Source: Phaeosaccion multiseriatum (lineage: Eukaryota > Protista > Ochrophyta, other classes). From it: a stretch of DNA of 64,000 bases. Of the stretch, positions 36,184-47,131 are shown one piece after another (position 1 is the stretch's first letter; each line of letters begins with the position of its first letter). The stretch lies in assembly GCA_965112735.1 (NCBI GenBank), contig OZ218965.1, forward strand, positions 434,001 through 498,000, written 5' to 3'. The notes under the pieces were generated by a model. It was not told the origin of the DNA, did no database searches, and saw nothing but the letters and a program-made list of their open reading frames with translations. Both the position numbers and the translations under genes were made by a program.

Positions 36184-38226
36184 CTATGGTGTGGGCAAAC
36201 TTGCTTCCAGAGGCTCACTCGCTCGCTGTGCCTCCCACATTTCCCTGTAGAGTCCTCCTTGCTTCTTGACAAGCTCCCAGTGGGGCCCTCTTTCCGCCAC
36301 CCGCCCACGGTCCAACACTATAATCTCATCTGCGTCTTGAATGGTGCTCAGTCGGTGGGCGATAATGATGGTCGTCCGACTCCTCCCCAGTGCCTTGAGG
36401 TGACCCATAATGTTCATCTCCGTACGCGTGTCGAGCGAAGAGGTGGGCTCGTCGCAAAGAAGGACGGGCGCGTCCTTGAGCATGGCTCGCGCGATTGCGA
36501 CCCGTTGCTTCTCTCCCCCGGAAATCATCAGCCCCCTCTCCCCCACAATGGTGTCGTACTTGTTCGGCATGCGGTTAATGAAGGTATCCAGCTGGGCCTT
36601 CTTCGTCACCGCTTCGACGCTCTCCCAAGGCTCGCGTAGACTCCCGTAGTGAATGTTGTAGCCGATGGTGTCGTTGAACAGCATTGTATCCTGAGGAACA
36701 ACTCCAATGTGCTTCCGAAGGCTCGCCAGCTGCACCTGACTAATGTCTTGACCGTCGATGGAAATCTCCCCTTGGTCTACTCCATAGAAGCGATAGAGCA
36801 GACGAAGGATGGTGGACTTGCCACAACCACTCTGCCCCACAATGGCCACTGTCTTCCCGCTGGGGACCTCAAAGGTCAAGCCGTTCAAAATACTGCGCTC
36901 CCCATCGTACCCAAAGTGAACATTGTCGAATCTGATGGAGCCGCTCCTGCCCCTACCACCAGAATCGGTGCTGCTGCTGCTGCTGCTGCTGCTGCTATTC
37001 ACACTGACAGCCAGCGGTACCGCACCCACGACATCCTTCACCTCCGGCACCGTGTCGTTGAGGTCAAACATGGCTGTCATGTCGATGAGCGCCTGGCGGA
37101 CCTCTCGGTACGTGCTCCCCACAAAGTTCAGCGGAATCGCCAGCTGGAACAATAGACCATTCACAAGAACCAAGTCTCCCACGGTGGCCTGCCCCGCCAC
37201 AATGTCTTGAGCCGCCAGCATCATCACAGACGCCAGCCCCACACTGAAGATGGCATTCTGCCCAAAGTTTAAAGCGGACAGGGAAGTTTGCGTCTTCAAA
37301 GCGGCGCGCTGGAAGCCTTTGAGGGACTCATCGTAGCGGTTCGCCTCATGGAGCTCATTGTTAAAGTACTTGACAGTCTCGTAGTTGAGGAGCGTGTCTG
37401 ACACCTTGGCACTGCCCTCGTTCTCCAGCTTGATCATGGCCTTCCGAAACTGGGTCCGCCACTGAGTGACTCCGATTGTGTACGAGCTGTACGCAGTGAT
37501 GGTTCCAAAAGTCACTGCCGCATACTTCCAGGAGGCCTGCGAAGCCATGATTCCACTCACGAGGCCAATCTCTAGAAGCGTCGGAAACACGTTGAAGAGC
37601 ATGGACTGTAACGTGTACTGGATGGACCTCCCTCCGCGATCGATGATGCGACTGACCGCCCCTGTATTCTTCTTCAGATGGTACTCCATGTCCAGGTCAT
37701 GCAGGTGCATAAAGACATCCCTCGAGACCTTGCGAATGGCTCGCTGCGCCACAGTCGCGAAAATTGCGTTGCGGAGCTCCTGAAAACCTGCAGCCGTGCA
37801 GCGCGCAATCCCGTAGCCCGCCACGAGAGCCACGGGCACAGCTGCAGCCACAGGGGTTGAGGCTGCTAGAGAGTCAGCCCCAACACTACTCGTGTGAGTC
37901 AAAGTGTCGACCAGCTCTTTGAACAGAAAAGGGACCTGCAGTGTAACCAGCTTCCCCGCAAGCAAAAGGGTGACTGACAATACCACCCGGCCCTTGATGC
38001 TGGCGTGGTCTTTTTGAAGCTCGGCACAGGGCCATAGATGTGTAGCGAGCGTGCGCAAAATGCGCTTCGCATTGTCGGCTTCACCCCCTTCCTCGACTTT
38101 AGGGGCGATGGATCTGGTCGGCTCTCTTTGTCCCCCCCGCGCAGCAGCAAGTCCTCGAATGCAACACACGAGTTGGCGGCTCTCCCACCCTCGAGGACGG
38201 ATCCTCGACACGGTCCGTGAGAACAT
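36184..38226 (-). CDS. ATM1: Mitochondrial ABC half-transporter ATM1/ABCB7 (Fe-S/glutathione export), single exon
   Basis: Walker [10 protein letters not shown], signature [27 protein letters not shown]; ATM1-type [33 protein letters not shown]; Arg-rich presequence. Confidence 0.96.
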   Translation of the reverse strand: MFSRTVSRIRPRGWESRQLVCCIRGLAAARGGQREPTRSIAPKVEEGGEADNAKRILRTLATHLWPCAELQKDHASIKGRVVLSVTLLLAGKLVTLQVPFLFKELVDTLTHTSSVGADSLAASTPVAAAVPVALVAGYGIARCTAAGFQELRNAIFATVAQRAIRKVSRDVFMHLHDLDMEYHLKKNTGAVSRIIDRGGRSIQYTLQSMLFNVFPTLLEIGLVSGIMASQASWKYAAVTFGTITAYSSYTIGVTQWRTQFRKAMIKLENEGSAKVSDTLLNYETVKYFNNELHEANRYDESLKGFQRAALKTQTSLSALNFGQNAIFSVGLASVMMLAAQDIVAGQATVGDLVLVNGLLFQLAIPLNFVGSTYREVRQALIDMTAMFDLNDTVPEVKDVVGAVPLAVSVNSSSSSSSSSTDSGGRGRSGSIRFDNVHFGYDGERSILNGLTFEVPSGKTVAIVGQSGCGKSTILRLLYRFYGVDQGEISIDGQDISQVQLASLRKHIGVVPQDTMLFNDTIGYNIHYGSLREPWESVEAVTKKAQLDTFINRMPNKYDTIVGERGLMISGGEKQRVAIARAMLKDAPVLLCDEPTSSLDTRTEMNIMGHLKALGRSRTTIIIAHRLSTIQDADEIIVLDRGRVAERGPHWELVKKQGGLYREMWEAQRASEPLEASLPTP

Positions 38227-39367
38227 CAACGCTCTACAAAAAGCCTGTGAATCTCTCCCTCGCCATCACGGTGTGTGGGAAGTTCACGATGTGGAATCTA
38301 TAACAACGTCACAGATTCGGAGAAGTGGTTGGAAGAGAGTGGCGGCTGTGCGCGCGCTGTATACCCGCTGGGACGGTGGGGCCTGGATCCTGTTAAAGAA
38401 AAGGGGTGTAGGGCATGTGGTCGACGAGAATGACTCATTTTGCCCCCTTCCTCCCGTTTTTGCCATGCCATGCCATGCCATCAGGGGGGGGGGGGCGCTT
38501 GGCCTTGGCCGCGTACGCCCGGGCCGCGCGGGAGCCGCAGTCGTCCTTCATTTAGGTAAGTTGGGGATTGCGTTTGGCCTGGGACATGACGATGGGCCGC
38601 TGCGCAGTCGTTGGTGCTGCCCGTGCATACTATCGTCGTTTGCTCAAGAGGGGTTGGTTCGAGGGGAGGGCGGGTATCTGCTTTGGGCCTCCCACGGCAG
38701 GACCGTGGGCCAGAATGGGGGGGGGAAGACACCAGGATGAGCGGCTGTATTGGGCAGTGACGACGACTGTGACCATGAGGGGGAAGAGGGCGTGTCAGTG
38801 GACGCGACGTCATAGACAAGAGGACGAGGAGGAGGATGGAGGAGGTGTCTACGCGTGGGCGCGGCGTCAAGAAGCCCAAAGACTTCCTGCCAGGTATTGG
38901 CTCGGGGTACACGAGAGGAAGCATAAAGTACTGACGGAAGCGACGAGGTAACCACTTGTCAGATATGCGGAGAGGACACCGACCACGGAACCCCATTGCT
39001 CCGTGAGACCTGCGACAAGGAGTTTCATACGTACTGCCTTGATTCGCCTTTCTCCGAGGTCCCTGGCCGGGTATGGTACTGCCCAGACCGCGTATCGTAG
39101 GCACGCACGAGGGGGGAAGTGGCACCCCAGTGGGGGGCGTGAAGGAAGGCAGGCAGCCAGTAGACGGGGTGCAGGCAGGGAGCGGAGGCAAGGAGCGTCG
39201 ACAGTATCAGCTTCGGGAAGGCAGCAGATGGAGCTGAGGGAATGTCGATGCCATGCCATCGGTTGACTTGAGGTCAACCGAGGGAGCAGAATTGCGTGAA
39301 GTCCCTACTGCCCCAGCGTCGAGCCCTCCCTCCCCATTCTTCCTTCGCCTCCTGTACCGCGGCTTAG

Positions 39368-40343
39368 GCGATCGTCGACGTGTACGACGCAATCATGTGC
39401 TTCGTAGGCGAGGAGGAGCACACCTTCCTCGCGTCGGTGAGCAAGCGATGGAGAGACGCGGCCACTGTGCAGCACCTGGCCCTCACCTCCCACCGGAGTG
39501 CCGTGGCGTCTGTGGAGCGTCTGTACTGGGCCAAGCGCAGCGGCTACGAGCTCGACAGGGAGAGCTTCAAGGCGGCTACGTGCTCAACAGGGAGAGCTTC
39601 AAAGCGGCCACGTGCTCAACAGGGAGAGCTTCAAGGCGGCTGCGCGGTACGGAGACGTACGCATGTGCAAGGCCTTGTTGATCTTGGGGTTGTCCGTGGT
39701 ACGTGCGGCAGTGCAGGCGGTCCGCAACAAACACCACGGCGTGGCCGTCCTTCAGTGGCTGCGATCCGTCGATCTGCTCCACAAGCACCAATGCCCCTGG
39801 TGCGAGTGGGACGAGGAAGTGGTGGCGGAGGCTGTGGGGGAGCAGGAGTAGGGGATTGACAAGCTCAGGTGGCTGCTGTCGGACGAAGGAGGCTTTCCCT
39901 TCACCGATTACCTTTGGGCGTATGCCCTGTACATCGCAAACATCCCCGTGCTCGAGTTTCTGCTCGCCCACCCCAAGGTCAGAGCCAAGCTGGAAGAGGC
40001 CGAGGTGGGCAGCAAGTGGAGGAACGGGCCCGTGTCTGCCATTCAAGGCTGGCGCCCTCTACCTATCCTCAAGTTGCTCCACGCCAACGCCAAGCAGCTG
40101 TGCGACTGGGACGCGAGGGCATGCGCCTGTGCTGTGGGGTACGAGCAGAGCCTGTCGTCTCTCAAGTGGCTCCGTTCGGAGGAGGTCAACTGTCCGTGGG
40201 ACGAAACCGCCTGCCCGGAAGTGTACGGGACATTGCCTGTGGCTGGGGAGAGTCGGCACTGGTCGTGGCGGAAGCCTGCGAAGATGCAGGTCATCAAGCA
40301 GTGGGTGCACGACAACGGACACCCGTGCAGCTGCCAGGACTGA
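39368..40343 (+). pseudogene. F-box-like/ankyrin-like 'CPWD-repeat' protein pseudogene
   Basis: FLASVSKRWR, SVERLYWAK, LQWLRS..CPW, LKWLRSEEVNCPWDETAC. Frameshifted by triplication of a 32-bp unit (39546-39641), with an in-frame TAG at 39849-39851. Preceded by a pyrimidine tract and TAG acceptor ending at 39367. Confidence 0.8.
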
Positions 40344-40819
40344 GTCGCTTACTGACTCACTGACTCACTGACTTCGTCATGGGACGAGTATGAGCGTGTG
40401 TGTGCGTGTGTGTGCCGAGAGAAGATGGTCCCATACTGTACGAGCGGCAGGGCCATGCTGCTTGCTGTTGGAGCGGCGCGTCTCTGCCTATCCAACCACT
40501 TGTTTGTTGGAGCGTGGTACGAAGCGAGGGACGACAGTAAAGTGTGTACCTACTTTCATTGTATAATTTCCAATGCGCTAATCTAAGCCAGAACGAACGA
40601 ACGACCGACCGACCGAACGAGCGCACATGCCCATCTCTCGCTGCCTTGTTGCGCCACGCACTGCACCGCCTCTCGTGTCGTCTGTTGACTTACTGCTTAA
40701 TCTGCCGTCACGCACGCACACACATAGATTCAACTACTTGCTCCTCCTCGTCCTTAGTGGCTTACTCGGCCAACCCTATCTCCGCTTCCTTCACCACTCC
40801 CTTCACGCTACTTACCTTC

Positions 40820-41715
40820 TACACATACTTCTCCTTGCTGCTGCGGCCCTTGTTGGCGGAAGTGGAGGGCCTTTCCCTGTCTCTGCTGGAGGGGCTCACG
40901 CCACGCAACTCCTCGTCCTGCACCGCCCGCTGCTCCTGATCAGGCCAAGGCAGAGCACACACACACACACACACACACACAAACGCACGCACACACACAC
41001 TCATCTTTATGCGCATACACAAACACATGCACACACACACGCACATGCACAACACGGGCACAGGGCAAATGGTGTTGGTCACTTTCCCAGAAGCGCATCC
41101 ATGGGGCTCAGAGCTCAGAGGTCTCCATGGAGCGGCACTTCTGCAGGCAGACGTGTTTCCTGTCTCCTCTCCTCATCTCACTGACTTACTGCCCCACCCA
41201 TACGGAGCCCACACACGCACACACACATACGCACAGACACGCACGCACATGCACACGCACACAGGCATACGCACACAACGCACGCACGCACACATACACG
41301 CACGCACACACATACATGCACGCACGCGCACGCACACACACACGCATGCACGCACGCACACACGCACGTACCCACGCACGCACGCACGCACCACGCAGGC
41401 AAACACACGCAAACACACGCACACGCACACACACATCCTCTAGCAGATCGACTGCTGCTCTTGGCCCTCGACAACGAAGAGCCTGCGCCTCGATCTCGAC
41501 CAGAGCTGCTTCCTCCGAGGTCCTGCTCACAGCCGTGGCTGCGAGTGTAGTCACGGCCCTCACGTCCACTGCGTCTGCTCCGGCTGTCCTCCTCTTTGCG
41601 TTGGCTACTTCCCTCTGTGCGTCGCTTCTCCACTTGTCCGCTTTCCCTTCCGTCGCTTCCGCTTGCTCTTGCCGAAGGCCTCTGCTGGGACTTCTCCCTC
41701 TCGGCGCGGCTTCTG
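40820..41715 (-). pseudogene. Possible relic exons of a charged coiled-coil protein among (GT)n-rich intron-like DNA
   Basis: Acceptor-like starts near 41713 (EAAPRGR..EQAEATEGKADKW..) and 40935 (EQRAVQDEELR..); in-frame stop and degenerate donors. Confidence 0.3.
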
Positions 41716-41724
41716 GGGTGTGGG

Positions 41725-43640
41725 GGGAGGGAGGGAGGGAGAGAGGGACGAGGGAGGGAGGGGGGGGGGAGGGGGAGGGAGGGAGAGAGAGGGACGAGGG
41801 AGGGAGGGAGGGACGGAGGGAGGGAGGGAGTGATGAAGGGAAGGAGGGAAGCACGGAGGGAGGGAGGTAGGGAGGGAGGGAGGGAGGGAGGGAGGAAGGG
41901 AGGGATGAAGGGAGAGAGGGAGGGAGGGAGGAGGGAGAGGGAGGAAATCGGCGAGTGACTCATCTCTCTTCTCTAGGGAGTGAGAAAGTGAGTGAGCGAG
42001 AGTGTGAGGGAGGGACGGACGAAGAAAGGTAGGTAGGGAGGGAGGGAGGGAGGGAGTGAGGTACGGAGAAAGGCGGGAGGGAGCGAGGGAGGGAGGGAGA
42101 GAGAAGGAGGGAGGGAGGGAGGGAGGGAGGAAGAGAGGGAGGGAGGGAGGGAGGGAGGGAGGGAGGGAGGGAGGGAGGGAGGGAGGGAGGGAGGGAGGGA
42201 GGAAGGGAGGGAGGGAGGGAGAAAGAGAGGGAGGGAGGGAGGGAGGGACAGAGGGAGGGAGGAAGGGAGGGAGGGAGGGAGGCACGGAGGGAGGGAGGGA
42301 GAAAGGGGGGAGGGAGGGAGAAAGGGAGGGAGGGAAGGAAGAAGGGAAGGAAGGAGGGAGGGACGGGGTAAGAGGGAGGGAGGGAGTAAGAGAGGGAGGG
42401 ACAGAGGGAGGGAGGTTGGGAAGAGGGGAGGGGGGGAGGGGGGGAGGGAGGGAGGGAGGGAGGGAGGGAGGGAGGGAGGGAGGGAGAGAGAGGGAGAGAG
42501 GAAGGGAGGAGGGAGAGAGGGAGGGGATCGGCGAGTGACTCATCTCTCTTCTCTAGGGAGTGAGAAAGTGAGTGAGCGAGAGTGTGAGGGAGGGACGGAC
42601 GAAGAAAGGTAGGTAGGTAGGTAGGTAGGGAGGGAGGGAGGGAGGGAGGGAGTGAGGTACGGAGAAAGGCGGGAGGGAGCGAGGGAGGGAGGGAGAGAGA
42701 AGGAGGTAGGGAGGGAGGGAGGGAGGAAGAGAGGGAGGGAGGGAGGGAGGGAGGGAGGGAGGGAGGAAGGGAGGGAGGGAGGGAGAAAGAGAGGGAGGGA
42801 GGGAGGGAGGGATAGAGGGAGGGAGGAAGGGAGGGAGGGAGGGAGGCACGGAGGGAGGGAGGGAGAAAGGGGGGAGGGAGGGAGAAAGGGAGGGAGGGAA
42901 GGAAGAAGGGAAGGAAGGAGGGAGGGACGGGGTAAGAGGGAGGGAGGGAGTAAGAGAGGGAGGGACAGAGGGAGGGAGGTTGGGAAGAGGGGAGGGGGGG
43001 AGGGGGGGAGGGAGGGAGGGAGGGAGGGAGGGAGGGAGGGAGGGAGGGAGGGAGGGAGGGAGGGAGGGAGGGAGGGAGGGAGGGAGGGAGGGAGGGAGGG
43101 AGGGAGGGAGGGAGGGAGGGAGGGAGGGAGGGAGGGAGGGAGGGAGGGAGGGAGGGAGGGAGGGAGGGAGGGAGGGAGGGAGGGAGGGAGGGAGGGAGGG
43201 AGGGAGGGAGGGAGGGAGGGAGGAAGGGAGGGAGGGAGAGAGGGAGGGGATCGGCGAGTGACTCATCTCTCTTCTCTAGGGAGTAAGAAGGTGAGTGAGC
43301 GAGAGTGTGAGGGAGGGACGGAGGGAGGGAGGGAGGGAGGGAGGTAGGGAGGGAGGGAGGGAGGGAGGGAGGGAAGGAGGGAAGGAGGGAGGGAGGGGGG
43401 GAGGGAAGGAAGGAAGGAATGACGGAAGGAGGGAGGGACGGAGTAAGAGGGAGGGATGGAGTAAGAGAGGGAGGTAGAGAGGGAGAGAGGTTGGGAAGGG
43501 GCGAGGGAGGGAGGGAGGGAGGGAGAGGGGAAGGGAACGACGGACGAGCGGAGGGACGGACGGAGAGAGGGAGAGGGAGGCGAGGGATAAAGGCTGGATG
43601 GAGGGAGGGATGGAAGGACGGAGGAAGGAAGGGAGGGACT
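41725..43640 (+). repeat. (GGGA)-rich higher-order repeat: three units of about 580-720 bp, each with a unique core
   Basis: Core CGGCGAGTGACTCATCTCTCTTCTCTAGGGAGT at about 41949, 42529 and 43252. Confidence 0.9.
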
Positions 43641-43749
43641 CACTCCTTGTCCTGACACCCACCCACCCACTGTGTCTGACATCCCTCCGCGCAGGTGGCG
43701 GCGGAGGCGAGAAGGGCTCTCAACGCGCTGAACGAAGAGGTGAGGAGTG

Positions 43750-46636
43750 GGTGTCAGGACAGTGGGTGGGTGAGTGTCAGGACAGTGGGTGGTTGGGGGT
43801 CAGGACAGTGGGTGGGTGGGTGTAAGGACAGTGGGTGGGTGTCAGGACTGAGAGTGGGTGGGTGTCAGGACAGTGGGTGGGCGTCAGGACAGTGGGACGT
43901 CAGGGCAGTGGGTGGGTGGGTGTCAGGACAGTGGGTGGGTGTCAGGACAGTGGGTGGGTGTCAGGACAGTGGGTGGGTGCGTGTCAGGACAGTGGGTAGG
44001 TGAGTATCAGGACAGTGGTGTGTGGGTGTCAGGACAGAGGGTGGGTGGGTGTCAGGACAGTGGGTAGGTGAGTATCAGGACAGTGGTGTGTGGGTGTCAG
44101 GACAGAGGGTGGGTGTGTGTCAGGACAGTGGGTAGGTGAGTATCAGGACAGTGGTGCGTGGGTGTCAGGACAGAGGGTGGGTGTCAGGACAGTGGGTGGG
44201 TGTCAGGACAGTGGGTGGGTGTCAGGACAGTGGGTGGGTGCGTGTCAGGACAGTGGGTAGGTGAGTATCAGGACAGTGGTGTGTGGGTGTCAGGACAGAG
44301 GGTGGGTGTGTGTCAGGACAGTGGGTAGGTGAGTATCAGGACAGTGGTGCGTGGGTGTCAGGACAGAGGGTGGGTGTCAGGACAGAGGGTGGGTGGGTGT
44401 CAGGCCAGAGGGTGGGTGGGTGTCAGGACAGTGGGTGGGTGTCAGGACAGAGGGTGGGTGGGTGTCAGGACAGTGGGTAGGTGAGTATCAGGACAGTGGT
44501 GTGTGGGTGTCAGGACAGAGGGTGGGTGTGTGTCAGGACAGTGGGTAGGTGAGTATCAGGACAGTGGTGCGTGGGTGTCAGGACAGTGGGTGGGTGTCAG
44601 GACAGTGGGTGGGTGTCAGGACAGTGGGTGGGTGTCAGGACAGTGGGTGGGTGCGTGTCAGGACAGTGGGTAGGTGAGTATCAGGACAGTGGTGTGTGGG
44701 TGTCAGGACAGAGGGTGGGTGGGTGTCAGGACAGTGGGTAGGTGAGTATCAGGACAGTGGTGTGTGGGTGTCAGGACAGAGGGTGGGTGTGTGTCAGGAC
44801 AGTGGGTAGGTGAGTATCAGGACAGTGGTGCGTGGGTGTCAGGACAGAGGGTGGGTGTCAGGACAGTGGGTGGGTGTCAGGACAGTGGGTGGGTGTCAGG
44901 ACAGTGGGTGGGTGCGTGTCAGGACAGTGGGTAGGTGAGTATCAGGACAGTGGTGTGTGGGTGTCAGGACAGAGGGTGGGTGGGTGTCAGGACAGTGGGT
45001 AGGTGAGTATCAGGACAGTGGTGTGTGGGTGTCAGGACAGAGGGTGGGTGTGTGTCAGGACAGTGGGTAGGTGAGTATCAGGACAGTGGTGCGTGGGTGT
45101 CAGGACAGAGGGTGGGTGTCAGGACAGAGGGTGGGTGGGTGTCAGGCCAGAGGGTGGGCGGGTGTCAGGACAGTGGGTGGGTGTCAGGACAGAGGGTGGG
45201 TGGGTGTCAGGACAGTGGGTGGGTGTCAGGACAGAGGGTGGGTGGGTGTCAGGACAGTGGGTAGGTGAGTATCAGGACAGTGGTGTGTGGGTGTCAGGAC
45301 AGAGGGTGGGTGTGTGTCAGGACAGTGGGTAGGTGAGTATCAGGACAGTGGTGCGTGGGTGTCAGGACAGAGGGTGGGTGTCAGGACAGAGGGTGGGTGG
45401 GTGTCAGGCCAGAGGGTGGGTGGGTGTCAGGACAGTGGGTGGGTGTCAGGACAGAGGGTGGGTGGGTGTCAGGACAGTGGGTAGGTGAGTATCAGGACAG
45501 TGGTGCGTGGGTGTCAGGACAGAGGGTGGGTGTGTGTCAGGACGGTGGGTGGGTGTCAGGTGAGGGTATCAGGACAGTGGTGTGGGTGGGTGGGTGCAGG
45601 ACAGTGGGTAGGTGAGGACAGTGGGTGGGTGTCAGGCCAGAGGGTGGGTGGGTATCAGGACAGTGGTGCGTGGGTGTCAGGACAGTGGGTGGGTGTCAGG
45701 ACAGTGGGTGGGTGTCAGGCCAGAGGGTGGGTGGGTGTCAGGACAGTGGGTAGGTGAGTATCAGGACAGTGGTGTGTGGGTGTCAGGACAGAGGGTGGGT
45801 GTGTGTCAGGACAGTGGGTAGGTGAGTATCAGGACAGTGGTGCGTGGGTGTCAGGACAGAGGGTGGGTGTCAGGACAGTGGGTGGGTGTCAGGACAGTGG
45901 GTGGGTGTCAGGACAGTGGGTGGGTGCGTGTCAGGACAGTGGGTAGGTGAGTATCAGGACAGTGGTGTGTGGGTGTCAGGACAGAGGGTGGGTGGGTGTC
46001 AGGACAGTGGGTAGGTGAGTATCAGGACAGTGGTGTGTGGGTGTCAGGACAGAGGGTGGGTGTGTGTCAGGACAGTGGGTAGGTGAGTATCAGGACAGTG
46101 GTGCGTGGGTGTCAGGACAGAGGGTGGGTGTCAGGACAGAGGGTGGGTGGGTGTCAGGCCAGAGGGTGGGCGGGTGTCAGGACAGTGGGTGGGTGTCAGG
46201 ACAGTGGGTGGGTGGGTGTCAGGACAGTGGGTGGGTGTCAGGACAGAGGGTGGGTGGGTGTCAGGACAGTGGGTAGGTGAGTATCAGGACAGTGGTGTGT
46301 GGGTGTCAGGACAGAGGGTGGGTGGGTGTCAGACCAGAGGGTGGGTGTCAGGACTGAGGGTGGGTGGGTGTCAGGACAGTGGGTAGGTGAGTATCAGGAC
46401 AGTGGTGTGTGGGTGTCAGGACAGAGGGTGGGTGTGTGTCAGGACAGTGGGTAGGTGAGTATCAGGACAGTGGTGTGTGGGTGTCAGGACAGAGGGTGGG
46501 TGGGTGTCAGGCCAGAGGGTGGGTGTCAGGACTGAGGGTGGGTGGGTGTCAGGACAGTGGGTAGGTGAGTATCAGGACATTAAGTAAGTGGGTGTCAGGA
46601 CACAGGAGTGCACAGGAATGGGTGGGTGTCAGGACT
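43750..46636 (+). repeat. G-rich minisatellite with core GTGTCAGGACAGTG and variable GGGT spacers
   Basis: More than 100 copies of (G/A)TCAGGACAG in 19-25 bp units with higher-order blocks. Confidence 0.97.
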
Positions 46637-46704
46637 AAGGTCCCGCCTTTCTTTTGGCATATTCCTACTTTGCCCTCTTACGTACCATAACGTAGCACAC
46701 CAAA

Positions 46705-47131
46705 TGTCCTGACACCCAACGCTGATCACTCACGGTCCTGACACCTAAAACACTGACCACTCACTGTCCTGACACCTTACACTGACCACTCACTGTCCTG
46801 ACACCTAACACACTGACCACTCACTGTCCTGACACCTAGCACACTGACGACTCACTATCCTGACACCTAACACTGACCACTCACTGTCCTGACACCTAAA
46901 ACACTGACGACTCACAGTCCTGACACATAACACTGACCACTCACTGTCCTGACACCCAACACTGACCACTCACTGTCCTGACACCCAACACTGATCACTC
47001 ACTGTCCTGACACCTAACACTGACCACTCACTGTCCTGACACCCAACACTGACCACTCACTGTCCTGACACCCAACACTGATCACTCACTGTCCTGACAC
47101 CCAACACTGACCACTCACTGTCCTGACACCC
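46705..47131 (+). repeat. About 32-bp minisatellite carrying the reverse complement of the upstream core
   Basis: About 13 copies of CACTGACCACTCACTGTCCTGACACC(T/C)AA. Confidence 0.95.

Noticed and set aside
38300-39360. ORF 38568-38951 as a gene or upstream exon of the ankyrin-like pseudogene
   Set aside because: No recognisable motif, and the donor phase could not be reconciled with the acceptor at 39367.
39849-39851. In-frame TAG as stop-codon recoding
   Set aside because: The same gene also has a frameshift, and TAG terminates intact genes in this window (e.g. THOC5); pseudogenisation is simpler.
43750-46636. Satellite as a telomere
   Set aside because: It is interstitial, is not TTAGGG/TTTAGGG-like, is followed by an inverted arm, and is bounded by splice sites.
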